The position numbers and the translations under genes are program-made. This document shows, piece after piece, positions 1 to 8,278 of a stretch of DNA of 64,000 nt. The DNA comes from a virus (lineage: Duplodnaviria; Heunggongvirae; Uroviricota; Caudoviricetes): the IMG/VR virus record IMGVR_UViG_2541047959_000009, one strand, 5' to 3'. The first letter of the stretch is position 1; the number at the start of each line of letters is the position of its first letter. Under the pieces are notes generated by a model. The model saw only the letters and a program-made list of their open reading frames with translations, was not told where the DNA came from and searched no databases.

Positions 1-422
1 ACAAACTCACTGGTTTTCAGGGTGATATTGTCGGCAGCCTCAATAACCATGGATTTGATGCCCCTGACATACCAGCGCCCGGTGGCGGGTTCGTATTCAA
101 ACCAGCCACCGTCAGGATGTTCTGTCACGCAGGCGTCCGCCGACGTCGACGGTGGTGCGAACTGATTCGAATAGACAGCGGGCAGCGCAAAGGCGGTCTC
201 CAGATTGCCGCCCAGACTCAGCAGCACCACCTGCTCACCTTCCGATGGTCGCCACCATGTCCGGGCATTCCCGGCACGCAGGGTCAGCCAGCTGATCCAG
301 TTGGTTTCTAAGTCGCCTGTTTTCACCCGACAAAGCCAGTTTTCCCGGTCCACTTCGGTGACTACCCCAGTGCGGATCAGGTTGGTGATAAGGCGCATGA
401 TTTCGGTTAGTTGTGTGTTCAT
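1..422 (-). CDS. V: P2-like baseplate assembly protein V (N-terminal part; gene runs off window start)
   Basis: Minus-strand ORF starting ATG at 420-422; translation MNTQLTEIMRLITNLIRTGVV...WWRPSEGEQV resembles P2 gpV; synteny downstream of S and R. Confidence 0.8.
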   Translation of the reverse strand, partial: MNTQLTEIMRLITNLIRTGVVTEVDRENWLCRVKTGDLETNWISWLTLRAGNARTWWRPSEGEQVVLLSLGGNLETAFALPAVYSNQFAPPSTSADACVTEHPDGGWFEYEPATGRWYVRGIKSMVIEAADNITLKTSEF

Positions 423-560
423 GAAAATAGACTGCTATATCTCAAAATTGAGAAGTAGCTTTGATAGTTGTATCACGGCTGTCACAAACAACTGGCAAAA
501 AACGACTACTATCTATAAATTATTGAGAGTTATCTCATTAACAAAAAAGAAGCTTGGTAA

Positions 561-2261
561 ATGGAACACTTAAGACAACTGCAAAATAAAACTTCCCTGT
601 TAGAAAAGTACGGGACTAGTAACGCACATCTTTTATGGTCATTAGGTCTTTACTTAGATGAATCCGATTTTGATAAGCTAGCATCTGATGGACTTACTGA
701 TGGTGGAAACGATAAGAAAATAGACTTCATTACCGTAATTAATTCAACGTTATTTATTGCTCAGGGTTACTACTGCAATCAGCAAGCACTTAAAATAGTT
801 GCGCCTGCAAATAAAGCTTCTGACTTAAACACTGCTTTAGCGTGGATTATGGCAGGCTCAGGAGAGTCTCCAAATGCAAAATTAAGAGCAAAAATTTCTG
901 AGGTTAGAAAATTAATTGATGATAACGAAATTGAAGCTGTTGAATTATTATATATCCATAATTGTGCCGAATCTGAGCAGGTTAAAACTGAGCTTGAAAC
1001 TTGTCGTGACTATCTAGCAGGTAGATTTGCAGACAAAGAAATTGAGGTAACTTACAGAGAACTTGGTGTTAATAGTCTTGAAAAATTGTATATTGCGCTA
1101 TCACAACAAATTGTTGTGACTGACAATATAAAGTTCAATGGCGAACTTATAAATTCTGTACAAGGTGATGGCTGGACTTCACATGTTGGCTTTGCAAACG
1201 GCACTTGGCTAAATTATTTATACAAAAATTATGGAGCAGAATTATTTTCTGCTAATTATAGGGGGTTCATGGGATTAAATAAGAGAAGAAAAATAAACTC
1301 ATCAATTAAGAATACCGCAGAAACATCCCCAAAAGACTTCTTTGTCTTTAACAATGGTGTATCAATCCTAACAACAAAATTCAACAAAGAAAAAGGGTTG
1401 TTGGAAGGAGTTTCAATCATAAATGGAGCTCAAACCACTGGTTCTATTGGTTCAGTTCAAGATATACAAAAATTAGATGGCCTAAAAGTCCTTTGTAAGG
1501 TTATTGAATGTAATGATGCGGACAAAGTAAAAAAAATAGTCCAGTATAATAATACTCAGAATCATATTACAACCTGGGATCACTACTCTAACAGCACAGA
1601 ACAAAAACAGGTGGCAGAAGAATTTTCCACTCTTGGTTATACATATTCACTGAAACGCGGCTTCGAAAATACTGGTTCTTTATTTGGCATTGAGTCTGTT
1701 GCTCAACCGCTGATAGCGTTACATGGGGATTATGTTAGCGCCAATAGAGGTAAAAACTACGTTTTCGATACAAAATCAGCCTATGACAATGCCTTTCATG
1801 ATTCGAAAGCCCAGCATATTTTATGTGCTTACACTATTTCAAAAGCTATAGAAAAAGTAAAATCTCAAATCCGTGCAAAAGAGAATAAAATTAAAGTAGA
1901 TGAGGATAACTTATTATTCCTCCAAAATTTAAAGTCTCGATTCTTTTTAATATCCGTCATCGGAGAAATACTTGAAGAATTAACAGATAAACCTTTGAAC
2001 AAGAAGAAAATAAAATATAAATATGATACAGCATTATCTAAAAATAACTCTCTGGATGATTTAATCGACCTTTGGACACCAGTTATAACTGCGATATTAC
2101 CACATGTTATCCGTGTTTCAGGTCAAGATTTAACCACCTACTTATCTGTAACAGACAACCCGTTATCTATCGTATCAAAGGAAGTTAAAAACATATTAAC
2201 ATCCTTAAAAGCGTTCCAACCGATTGAGCCATTAATTACTCTTTCAAATCACCTTGAATAA
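561..2261 (+). CDS. AIPR-family abortive infection protein (putative), AT-rich cargo in S-V gap
   Basis: 566-aa ORF opposite to flanking late genes; motif FNNGVSIL...NGAQTT typical of AIPR (PF10592) as I recall; AT-rich versus GC-rich phage flanks. Confidence 0.55.
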   Translation: MEHLRQLQNKTSLLEKYGTSNAHLLWSLGLYLDESDFDKLASDGLTDGGNDKKIDFITVINSTLFIAQGYYCNQQALKIVAPANKASDLNTALAWIMAGSGESPNAKLRAKISEVRKLIDDNEIEAVELLYIHNCAESEQVKTELETCRDYLAGRFADKEIEVTYRELGVNSLEKLYIALSQQIVVTDNIKFNGELINSVQGDGWTSHVGFANGTWLNYLYKNYGAELFSANYRGFMGLNKRRKINSSIKNTAETSPKDFFVFNNGVSILTTKFNKEKGLLEGVSIINGAQTTGSIGSVQDIQKLDGLKVLCKVIECNDADKVKKIVQYNNTQNHITTWDHYSNSTEQKQVAEEFSTLGYTYSLKRGFENTGSLFGIESVAQPLIALHGDYVSANRGKNYVFDTKSAYDNAFHDSKAQHILCAYTISKAIEKVKSQIRAKENKIKVDEDNLLFLQNLKSRFFLISVIGEILEELTDKPLNKKKIKYKYDTALSKNNSLDDLIDLWTPVITAILPHVIRVSGQDLTTYLSVTDNPLSIVSKEVKNILTSLKAFQPIEPLITLSNHLE

Positions 2262-2264
2262 ATA

Positions 2265-2293
2265 ACGGGTGGCCTCCTAGGCCACCCGTTCAT
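2265..2293. terminator. Hairpin between convergent AIPR-like gene and gene S
   Basis: Inverted repeat acgggtggcc/ggccacccgt with 5-nt loop directly after the stop codon. Confidence 0.45.
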
Positions 2294-2316
2294 AACTTAT
2301 TTTTAATCTAAAATTT

Positions 2317-2775
2317 TTACGGCTTATTGTTATTAATTAACCATTGATAAAAAACATTCTTAACGTTGTTCTCAATATCATTGTTAATACCCAACAAACG
2401 CCGCTCTGCATACCGTACGTCCGGTCCTTTGCGACTGACGCGATCACGCAGACCGTAATGGTGAACACGGGCAATGCGCTGTACCTTACCTTCAAACTGC
2501 ACGCTGGCAGAGTCGGCGCTGGCGGCAGTTTTCAGGTATTTTGTGGTGCGCAGCTTTGCAAACATCTGACGTTTGATACGGCCTTTTTTACTGCGTGCTG
2601 TTACCCGTCGCGGTTCATAGCTGCTGCCGTCAGGGTTGCGCTGCATCCTGATATTCTGCTGCTGTGTCCGGCGAAGTTCCTGCGCCAGCTGGCGCATCAT
2701 GCGGCTTCTCGAGGCTGGTTCCAGATTCGCCAGCAAGGCACTCAGCCAGTCGTCCACCTTCTGCAGTTCAGCCAC
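2317..2775 (-). CDS. S: P2-like tail completion / virion morphogenesis protein S
   Basis: 152-aa ORF, MAELQKVDDWLSALL..., position between R and V as in P2. Confidence 0.8.
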   Translation of the reverse strand: MAELQKVDDWLSALLANLEPASRSRMMRQLAQELRRTQQQNIRMQRNPDGSSYEPRRVTARSKKGRIKRQMFAKLRTTKYLKTAASADSASVQFEGKVQRIARVHHYGLRDRVSRKGPDVRYAERRLLGINNDIENNVKNVFYQWLINNNKP

Positions 2776-3220
2776 ATTTCACCGTCCACATTTCTTCAGG
2801 TGCATCAGGTTCCGCTATAGCTTCAACGCTCGACACACTGCCGTCAGTGCTGACCAGCACACGTTCCGTCAGTTGCAGGTTCAGGCTGATATCACAGACA
2901 TCGTTGCGCAGAATATCCACCTCAAAGGTGAATAGCTTTTCCCGTAACGCCGGGTTATTGATGGCATCGGGCTGGTTATCCCTCAGCCACAGCAAAACCG
3001 GGGCCATCAGCAGATTCTGGTCGCCGCTGAAATCCTCAATCACCGCGTTCAGTGTGTAACGGTACTCCCACGACATGGAGCTGGCCCCCGTGGCAACCAG
3101 CGAACCGTTATCCACAAACAGATGCAGTTTGTCCGGGTTATTGCGGACATAAGGCACCGCTTTATTGAGGGCGTGGCGCAGGGATTGTGGTTTGTTCACT
3201 GTTTCGCTCCTGACACGCAA
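2768..3220 (-). CDS. R: P2-like tail completion protein R
   Basis: 150-aa ORF overlapping S start; P2 late-operon synteny. Confidence 0.8.
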   Translation of the reverse strand: MRVRSETVNKPQSLRHALNKAVPYVRNNPDKLHLFVDNGSLVATGASSMSWEYRYTLNAVIEDFSGDQNLLMAPVLLWLRDNQPDAINNPALREKLFTFEVDILRNDVCDISLNLQLTERVLVSTDGSVSSVEAIAEPDAPEEMWTVKCG

Positions 3221-3452
3221 TAATCATGTCCACTTTGTCTGCACAGACCGCCCAGGCGGCCTCCGTTTCATCCAGCAACGCGTTCAGATCACCGTTAGTG
3301 CGCGGCGTTGCCTGATCCAGCCGACACGGCGTCACTCGCGGACAACCACTGACGGTAAGCCATACCTCCGGTGAGTGCCGGACGTTTCCGCAGCCGGATA
3401 ATGTCAGCAGGCAAAGGAGTATCAGCCCAGCGGCGTAAATCCTCGTTCTCAC
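3162..3452 (-). CDS. lysC: LysC-like o-spanin (Rz1 analogue), overlapping lysB in another frame
   Basis: ORF embedded in and extending past lysB; lipobox-like LTLSGC; proline-rich. Confidence 0.5.
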   Translation of the reverse strand: MRTRIYAAGLILLCLLTLSGCGNVRHSPEVWLTVSGCPRVTPCRLDQATPRTNGDLNALLDETEAAWAVCADKVDMIIACQERNSEQTTIPAPRPQ

Positions 3453-3723
3453 GTTTCAGTTCCTCGATCCGGTGTTGTCGTTGTCTCAGCAGCGTGCTGG
3501 TCTGTTCTGCTTCGGCATAGAGCCGCGCCTGCTCCCGGTTATTGGTTTCAGTCAGAATGGACAGGCTGATAAGCTGGCTATTGCTCTTTGCCAGTGCCTG
3601 GCTTTTGCTCTGCAGCTCGTCTGCCTGCGTGCTGATGGTCTGGCTGGCATCAGCCAGCCGCCACGTCTGCCAGCCCAGCGCCGCCAGTAATAACGTCAGC
3701 ACAACCAGCAGCAACCGGTTCAT
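3295..3723 (-). CDS. lysB: LysB-like i-spanin (Rz analogue)
   Basis: 142-aa ORF, N-terminal TM segment then coiled-coil-like region; position after lysA. Confidence 0.7.
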   Translation of the reverse strand: MNRLLLVVLTLLLAALGWQTWRLADASQTISTQADELQSKSQALAKSNSQLISLSILTETNNREQARLYAEAEQTSTLLRQRQHRIEELKRENEDLRRWADTPLPADIIRLRKRPALTGGMAYRQWLSASDAVSAGSGNAAH

Positions 3724-4097
3724 GCTGCTACCTGTTGCGCCATCTGATTACGGGTGATCCAGAAGGCAATAACGGTCAGTAGATAAAAGACCAGGGTAAT
3801 AGCCCACCCCGTCCAGGCGAGACTTACAACAATCAGCAATCGCATCACCCAACTGGTAAATACGTTTTCTTTTCGAGTAATTGTCTTCAGCAAAGATGCC
3901 CTTAACTCCTGCCAGAGCGGGCCATTCTTAATTAACGCAGCCAGTGCTACCGGAATTACCGCCCATGTCAGCAAACAGGCTACCCAAACGCCGGACGCTG
4001 CCAGTACCGGAAAAATCCCCTGCGGATACACCATTGCTGCGATTAACAGCGCCATCCATAACATCAGAAACAGTCCGCTGATTAATTTCTTTTTCAT
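3720..4097 (-). CDS. lysA: LysA-like lysis timing membrane protein
   Basis: Multi-TM small protein; likely start MKKKLISG at 4097 with upstream GGAG; position after K. Confidence 0.65.
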   Translation of the reverse strand: MKKKLISGLFLMLWMALLIAAMVYPQGIFPVLAASGVWVACLLTWAVIPVALAALIKNGPLWQELRASLLKTITRKENVFTSWVMRLLIVVSLAWTGWAITLVFYLLTVIAFWITRNQMAQQVAA

Positions 4098-4098
4098 T

Positions 4099-4611
4099 TC
4101 AGTTTGCTCCCTGTAAACACCAGGCCATCTCCCGCGCACGGCGGTTATCCAGCCCCTGATTAAAAACACCTTTCACATAAACCCAGCGCGGCAACTGTCG
4201 GCATGCATCCGCCCAGCGCCGCTGATTGAGCAATTTCACCAGCGTGGAACTACAGGCATTGCCCGTCCCCACGTTGAAGGCAAACGACACCGTAGCGTCA
4301 TACACCTTCTGCGGCGGCTGTTGCTTCACACACCTTTCCAACGCCCGCTCCACTCGTAGCACGTTGGAGATCAGCCCTTCAGCTGCCTGTCGTTCCGTAA
4401 TAATTTTGCCGGGAATGACGCCCGACGTATTACCAATGCCGTCGGTCCAGACACCCGCGCTGCACTGATACGGCTGCAGACGACAGCCTTCATAATCAGC
4501 GATCAGTTTCAGTCCCTCCTCGGAGGTGTGAAGCTGCTGAAACCCCGGCAGCGTGGCAGCAATAGCCAGCACGGCCCCGACAAGGCAGCGTTTAACGATT
4601 GATGGATTCAT
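4099..4611 (-). CDS. K: P2 K-like endolysin (lysozyme)
   Basis: 170-aa ORF MNPSIVKRCLVGAVLAIAA...; lysis cassette synteny Y-K-lysA-lysB. Confidence 0.85.
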   Translation of the reverse strand: MNPSIVKRCLVGAVLAIAATLPGFQQLHTSEEGLKLIADYEGCRLQPYQCSAGVWTDGIGNTSGVIPGKIITERQAAEGLISNVLRVERALERCVKQQPPQKVYDATVSFAFNVGTGNACSSTLVKLLNQRRWADACRQLPRWVYVKGVFNQGLDNRRAREMAWCLQGAN

Positions 4612-4807
4612 AGTCCTCCCGCGAGATCTGCCCGTCGCGCAGAAGCTGGTAGGCTTTGTGTTTGTAGTACCAGTTGATAGCCAGCATCAGCACACCGATC
4701 ATCAGGCCGCCCAGCGTTGAGGCATCCTTGATGGACAAATCGCCCAGCCAGGCCAGCACGACGGCGATGCAATACGTGATAAAGGCGCTGATTCGCTCAA
4801 GCGTCAT
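4592..4807 (-). CDS. Y: P2 Y-like holin
   Basis: 71-aa protein with two TM helices immediately upstream of the endolysin. Confidence 0.8.
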   Translation of the reverse strand: MTLERISAFITYCIAVVLAWLGDLSIKDASTLGGLMIGVLMLAINWYYKHKAYQLLRDGQISREDYESINR

Positions 4808-4810
4808 AAT

Positions 4811-5014
4811 TCAGTCCCATAGCTGGACGGTCTGCACGGTGGTGGTGGTCGGAATGTCCGGCAGCTCCACCTGCAGCCCGTGAGGTAAAAAGGGGCCGTA
4901 TTCGGCAAGCCCCGGATTTGCCTTCAGTACCTGCTCCGTGACACCCTGCGTGCGCCCGTAATGACGCCAGCAAAGTGCGTCCACCGTGTCATACTGATGC
5001 GCACGCACTTTCAT
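4811..5014 (-). CDS. X: P2 X-like tail protein
   Basis: 67-aa ORF between L and Y as in P2. Confidence 0.8.
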   Translation of the reverse strand: MKVRAHQYDTVDALCWRHYGRTQGVTEQVLKANPGLAEYGPFLPHGLQVELPDIPTTTTVQTVQLWD

Positions 5015-5478
5015 CAGATAAGCTCCACTGTGCAGTGCGGCGCATCCTGCACCCGGCTGATGGCCCAGCGGGCGTCACGCCATAAATCACCGCTTGCTTC
5101 CGCCAGTTCCTCGCCTCGCTTCGCACCGGATGCCGTGGCGTCATAGTCCTGGTAACGTTCGTTGAGCATGGCGCGTGCCCAGCAGTAAACCGCGTTGAAA
5201 TAGTGCTGAATGCGCTCGCTTTTGCCGTCCAGTTGTTCCGCCGGGACTTCTGCCAGCGAGGCATACCCCAGCATCTGCTGGCGTCTGCGAAACTCATACA
5301 GCTCTGCGTTGACCTCCGAAATTGCCGACAGGGCAACCTGTTTTAAACGCGGCTGCGTCACCGTGCCGTCAGTGCGCATCACACTGCGAAACTCCGACAG
5401 GTCCACATCAGGCCAGAACGGCGTATTCCTGATGATTTCCGCCTGTTCCGGTGCCTGTTCTGGCGCAACAAACTTCAT
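5014..5478 (-). CDS. L: P2 L-like head completion protein
   Basis: ORF to 5541, but GGAGA RBS precedes the ATG at 5476-5478 (MKFVAPEQ...); synteny. Confidence 0.75.
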   Translation of the reverse strand: MKFVAPEQAPEQAEIIRNTPFWPDVDLSEFRSVMRTDGTVTQPRLKQVALSAISEVNAELYEFRRRQQMLGYASLAEVPAEQLDGKSERIQHYFNAVYCWARAMLNERYQDYDATASGAKRGEELAEASGDLWRDARWAISRVQDAPHCTVELI

Positions 5479-5573
5479 GCTGCTTTCTCCTGAAATAGAG
5501 GGCGGTGGACGGGGTTTTGATGTGGCAGTGCCTTTCGCCACCCCGTGCCGCCCGTGCGCGGGGGCACGTTCTG

Positions 5574-6224
5574 TCAGCGGCTGTCATTGCGCAGTCTGCG
5601 CTCTAGCTGCTGTTTGTCTTTTTTCACGCCACAGCGGGGATCGAGCTGTAACGCATGGTTGAGATGATTAAGGGCAGACGCCGGATTTCTTTCACTCAGG
5701 ACAGCGCCAATCGCTTTATGCAGACGCGCCCGTGACTGGTCCGGCATATCCATACCGTCTGTCAGCTCCAGGGTCTTCAGCAACAGATCGGTATCAAAGC
5801 CGGTGGCGGCAAGCATTGCGCTCTGGGCTGCATCTGCCATTTCCTCTGCCAGCACGGTCTGCACGTTGCGGTTACCTAACGGCATCACCCAGCCATGACG
5901 CAGGGCGTGACGCCCGATCTCCAGCGCCCCGGCATAATCTCCGGCATCAATGCGCCACAGCATCACGTACATCAGCACGTCATCCTGTTGAGCGCCTCCG
6001 GCAGCCAGGACACCCTCCGCCCAGGCGGCGTACTTCGGCAGCAGCTCCACCTTGATTTCCGCTTTTTTGACCGTGGACTGAACGCCCTTGAGACGGCGGC
6101 GGTCTTCCGCCAGTTGCAGCAGCATCAGGTCATAGCCCGACGCGTGGCGAACGCTGCCGCCCTCGCGGGCGGCCTGTTCAGCCTGAACGCGCAGGCGATG
6201 CTGCCGTGCGGGACTCAGGCTCAT
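5574..6224 (-). CDS. M: P2 M-like terminase small (endonuclease) subunit
   Basis: 216-aa ORF; position between N and L. Confidence 0.8.
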   Translation of the reverse strand: MSLSPARQHRLRVQAEQAAREGGSVRHASGYDLMLLQLAEDRRRLKGVQSTVKKAEIKVELLPKYAAWAEGVLAAGGAQQDDVLMYVMLWRIDAGDYAGALEIGRHALRHGWVMPLGNRNVQTVLAEEMADAAQSAMLAATGFDTDLLLKTLELTDGMDMPDQSRARLHKAIGAVLSERNPASALNHLNHALQLDPRCGVKKDKQQLERRLRNDSR

Positions 6225-6227
6225 GAA

Positions 6228-7286
6228 TTACGCTCCGGTTTCTGCTGCTGCGGCGCTGAAGTCGCCAATCTGGATGTTTTCCACCAGTGCGGCGCAGCGG
6301 TAGTCCTCAACCACATAGGCTTCGTTAACGGATTCAAAGTTTTCAATCCGGTCACGTTTCGGGTTGTCGATAACTGAGCGGCGGCGGGTGTCTTCCTGCC
6401 AGTAGATGGACAGGTTATCCAGACGGGTGATCAGCAGTGCATTCGGCGGGAAGAACGGCGCACGCACGGCCTGCAGGCCACCCATGCGTTTCTGACTGAT
6501 GATCATATCAGCAGCCAGTTTTTCACTGTTTTCCTGCTCTTTGTTGACCAGCGGGAAATACTTGTCAGACAGCAGTTCACGACCGCAAATCACCACCAGA
6601 TCGTCATCGTCCTGGTAGACCACATCGATAAGCTCATTGACGGCATCCATCACCACGGCGTCCAGGTTGGCATATTCGCCACCTTTCCCGACTTTCACCG
6701 CACCCGGTGTGGTTTCACCGCCCGTGGTGGTGCTGCCCATGACGTGATCCGGTGCATCTTCACGGATTTTCTGCAGCCAGCCTTTGTTCACATCCTGCAG
6801 CAGCGGGTTTTCGCTACGGTTGGAGGTTTTCGCACGCTTCACGCCGTTAAAGCCGATCATGATGCGGTCCAGAGCCTGACGTTTCACGATGGCGTCACGG
6901 ATGCGCACCTGGAAATCCTGAAACTTCGCCCACAGGTCCAGCTTCGCGTAGGTCAGCACCGTGTCAAAGTTGGTCTGCTCGCATTTATATTCCACATCGA
7001 CCATCAGCGTCGGATCGACAGGTTCACGCTCTTTCGCGGTGGTGTCAGTGGTTCCGGCAATGGTGCTGCCAACTCCCAGCCCCAGCAGCTGACCGGACTG
7101 CTCAGTCACTGGCGTGACGTTAATCAGCGTCAGGAAAGCGGCGGACTGCTGGATCTGGTCTTCCAGCGTCTGCTGCACAGACGGCTCCACGGTGAACTTG
7201 CTGGACAGTTCTTCAACTGCCACACCGTTCAGACGCGCCAGCTGCTGCAGGTAAGCGTTAAAAGCAAAGCGGGTATTCTTCTTCAT
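6228..7286 (-). CDS. N: P2 N-like major capsid protein
   Basis: 352-aa ORF MKKNTRFAFNAYLQQLARLNG...; synteny O-N-M. Confidence 0.9.
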   Translation of the reverse strand: MKKNTRFAFNAYLQQLARLNGVAVEELSSKFTVEPSVQQTLEDQIQQSAAFLTLINVTPVTEQSGQLLGLGVGSTIAGTTDTTAKEREPVDPTLMVDVEYKCEQTNFDTVLTYAKLDLWAKFQDFQVRIRDAIVKRQALDRIMIGFNGVKRAKTSNRSENPLLQDVNKGWLQKIREDAPDHVMGSTTTGGETTPGAVKVGKGGEYANLDAVVMDAVNELIDVVYQDDDDLVVICGRELLSDKYFPLVNKEQENSEKLAADMIISQKRMGGLQAVRAPFFPPNALLITRLDNLSIYWQEDTRRRSVIDNPKRDRIENFESVNEAYVVEDYRCAALVENIQIGDFSAAAAETGA

Positions 7287-7302
7287 CGGGTTTTGTGCTC
7301 CA

Positions 7303-8136
7303 TCAGCAATTGGTCAGAGTGTCAGCGGGGGCGTTACCGCCTGTTGCACGCTGGCGGTAGTCCTGGCGACTGTCTTCATGACTCAGCTTGTCCACCAGTT
7401 CGTTAAAGGCGGTTTGCTGTGCCTGCAGGGCAGTCTCCAGCTCAGACAGGCGTTCTTCCTGCTCAGACAGGGATTTTTCGGTGCGTGCGCTCAGGTTCTG
7501 CTGCTCAGTGGCGACCAGCTCCACGGCCTTATGCACATCAGAGAACCGGGCGTCATCGGACTGCTCTTTTTTGGTAAACAGCGCCGTGACGCGGGCAAAC
7601 AGGGACGGTTTGTCGTCCTGGATTTCTTCCAGTTCGATCACCGTTTCCTCTGCAGCGGTAAAGAGATTGGCAGGATTCTGCTTGCGGTTTGCCAGCAGGT
7701 TATGGGCTGCACTGGCGCTGAATGTCAGCATTTCCGTACCCAGACTGGCAGGGTCATCAGTGGCAGCCAGGCCGACCAGATAGGCTTTGCCCGTATCAGC
7801 GAACTTCGGGCTGACTTCCATAGAGGTGAATAATTTCTGGCCTTTTTTCACCAGTTCCACCAGGGACTCCGTTGGCTCAACGTCGGCATACAGCGCCATC
7901 TTGCCTGCCAGCGGACCTTCCGTGATTTCTTCAGCAAACAGCGCCGTCACCTTGCCGTAGCGGTTAAAGGTGCTGTCCGGCAGATAAGACTTGATGTGCT
8001 CAAGGTTAATCAGCGCGGTATACACCGCCGGGTTGTAGCTGGCTGCCATCTGTTCCAGCCATTCACGCTGGATTTCGCGTCCGTCGGTGGTGGCACCTTC
8101 CACCCCGATGCGAAAACGCTTTGCTTTCACTGTCAT
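7303..8136 (-). CDS. O: P2 O-like capsid scaffolding protein
   Basis: 277-aa ORF divergent from P; acidic coiled-coil C-terminal half. Confidence 0.85.
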   Translation of the reverse strand: MTVKAKRFRIGVEGATTDGREIQREWLEQMAASYNPAVYTALINLEHIKSYLPDSTFNRYGKVTALFAEEITEGPLAGKMALYADVEPTESLVELVKKGQKLFTSMEVSPKFADTGKAYLVGLAATDDPASLGTEMLTFSASAAHNLLANRKQNPANLFTAAEETVIELEEIQDDKPSLFARVTALFTKKEQSDDARFSDVHKAVELVATEQQNLSARTEKSLSEQEERLSELETALQAQQTAFNELVDKLSHEDSRQDYRQRATGGNAPADTLTNC

Positions 8137-8214
8137 GAGCCGTGCTCCGTTAGAAAAAACTTACTGGAGCCTTATGGTTGCGGTGATGGGGGCAGTGAAA
8201 CAATGCGCGGTATT

Positions 8215-8232
8215 TGTACCGACAACCACACA
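8215..8232. promoter_or_regulatory. TGT-N12-ACA dyad in the O/P divergent intergenic region (candidate Ogr/B-type late activator site)
   Basis: tgtaccgacaaccacaca read directly; P2-family late promoters carry this dyad. Confidence 0.35.
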
Positions 8233-8278
8233 AACCGCAGGCGGGGAAAGCCTTCATTCAAGGCTGTAGGTTTGTGCC

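Noticed and set aside
6744-7406. 220-aa plus-strand ORF
   Set aside because: Lies entirely antisense to the well-supported major capsid gene N; composition looks like shadow-frame translation.
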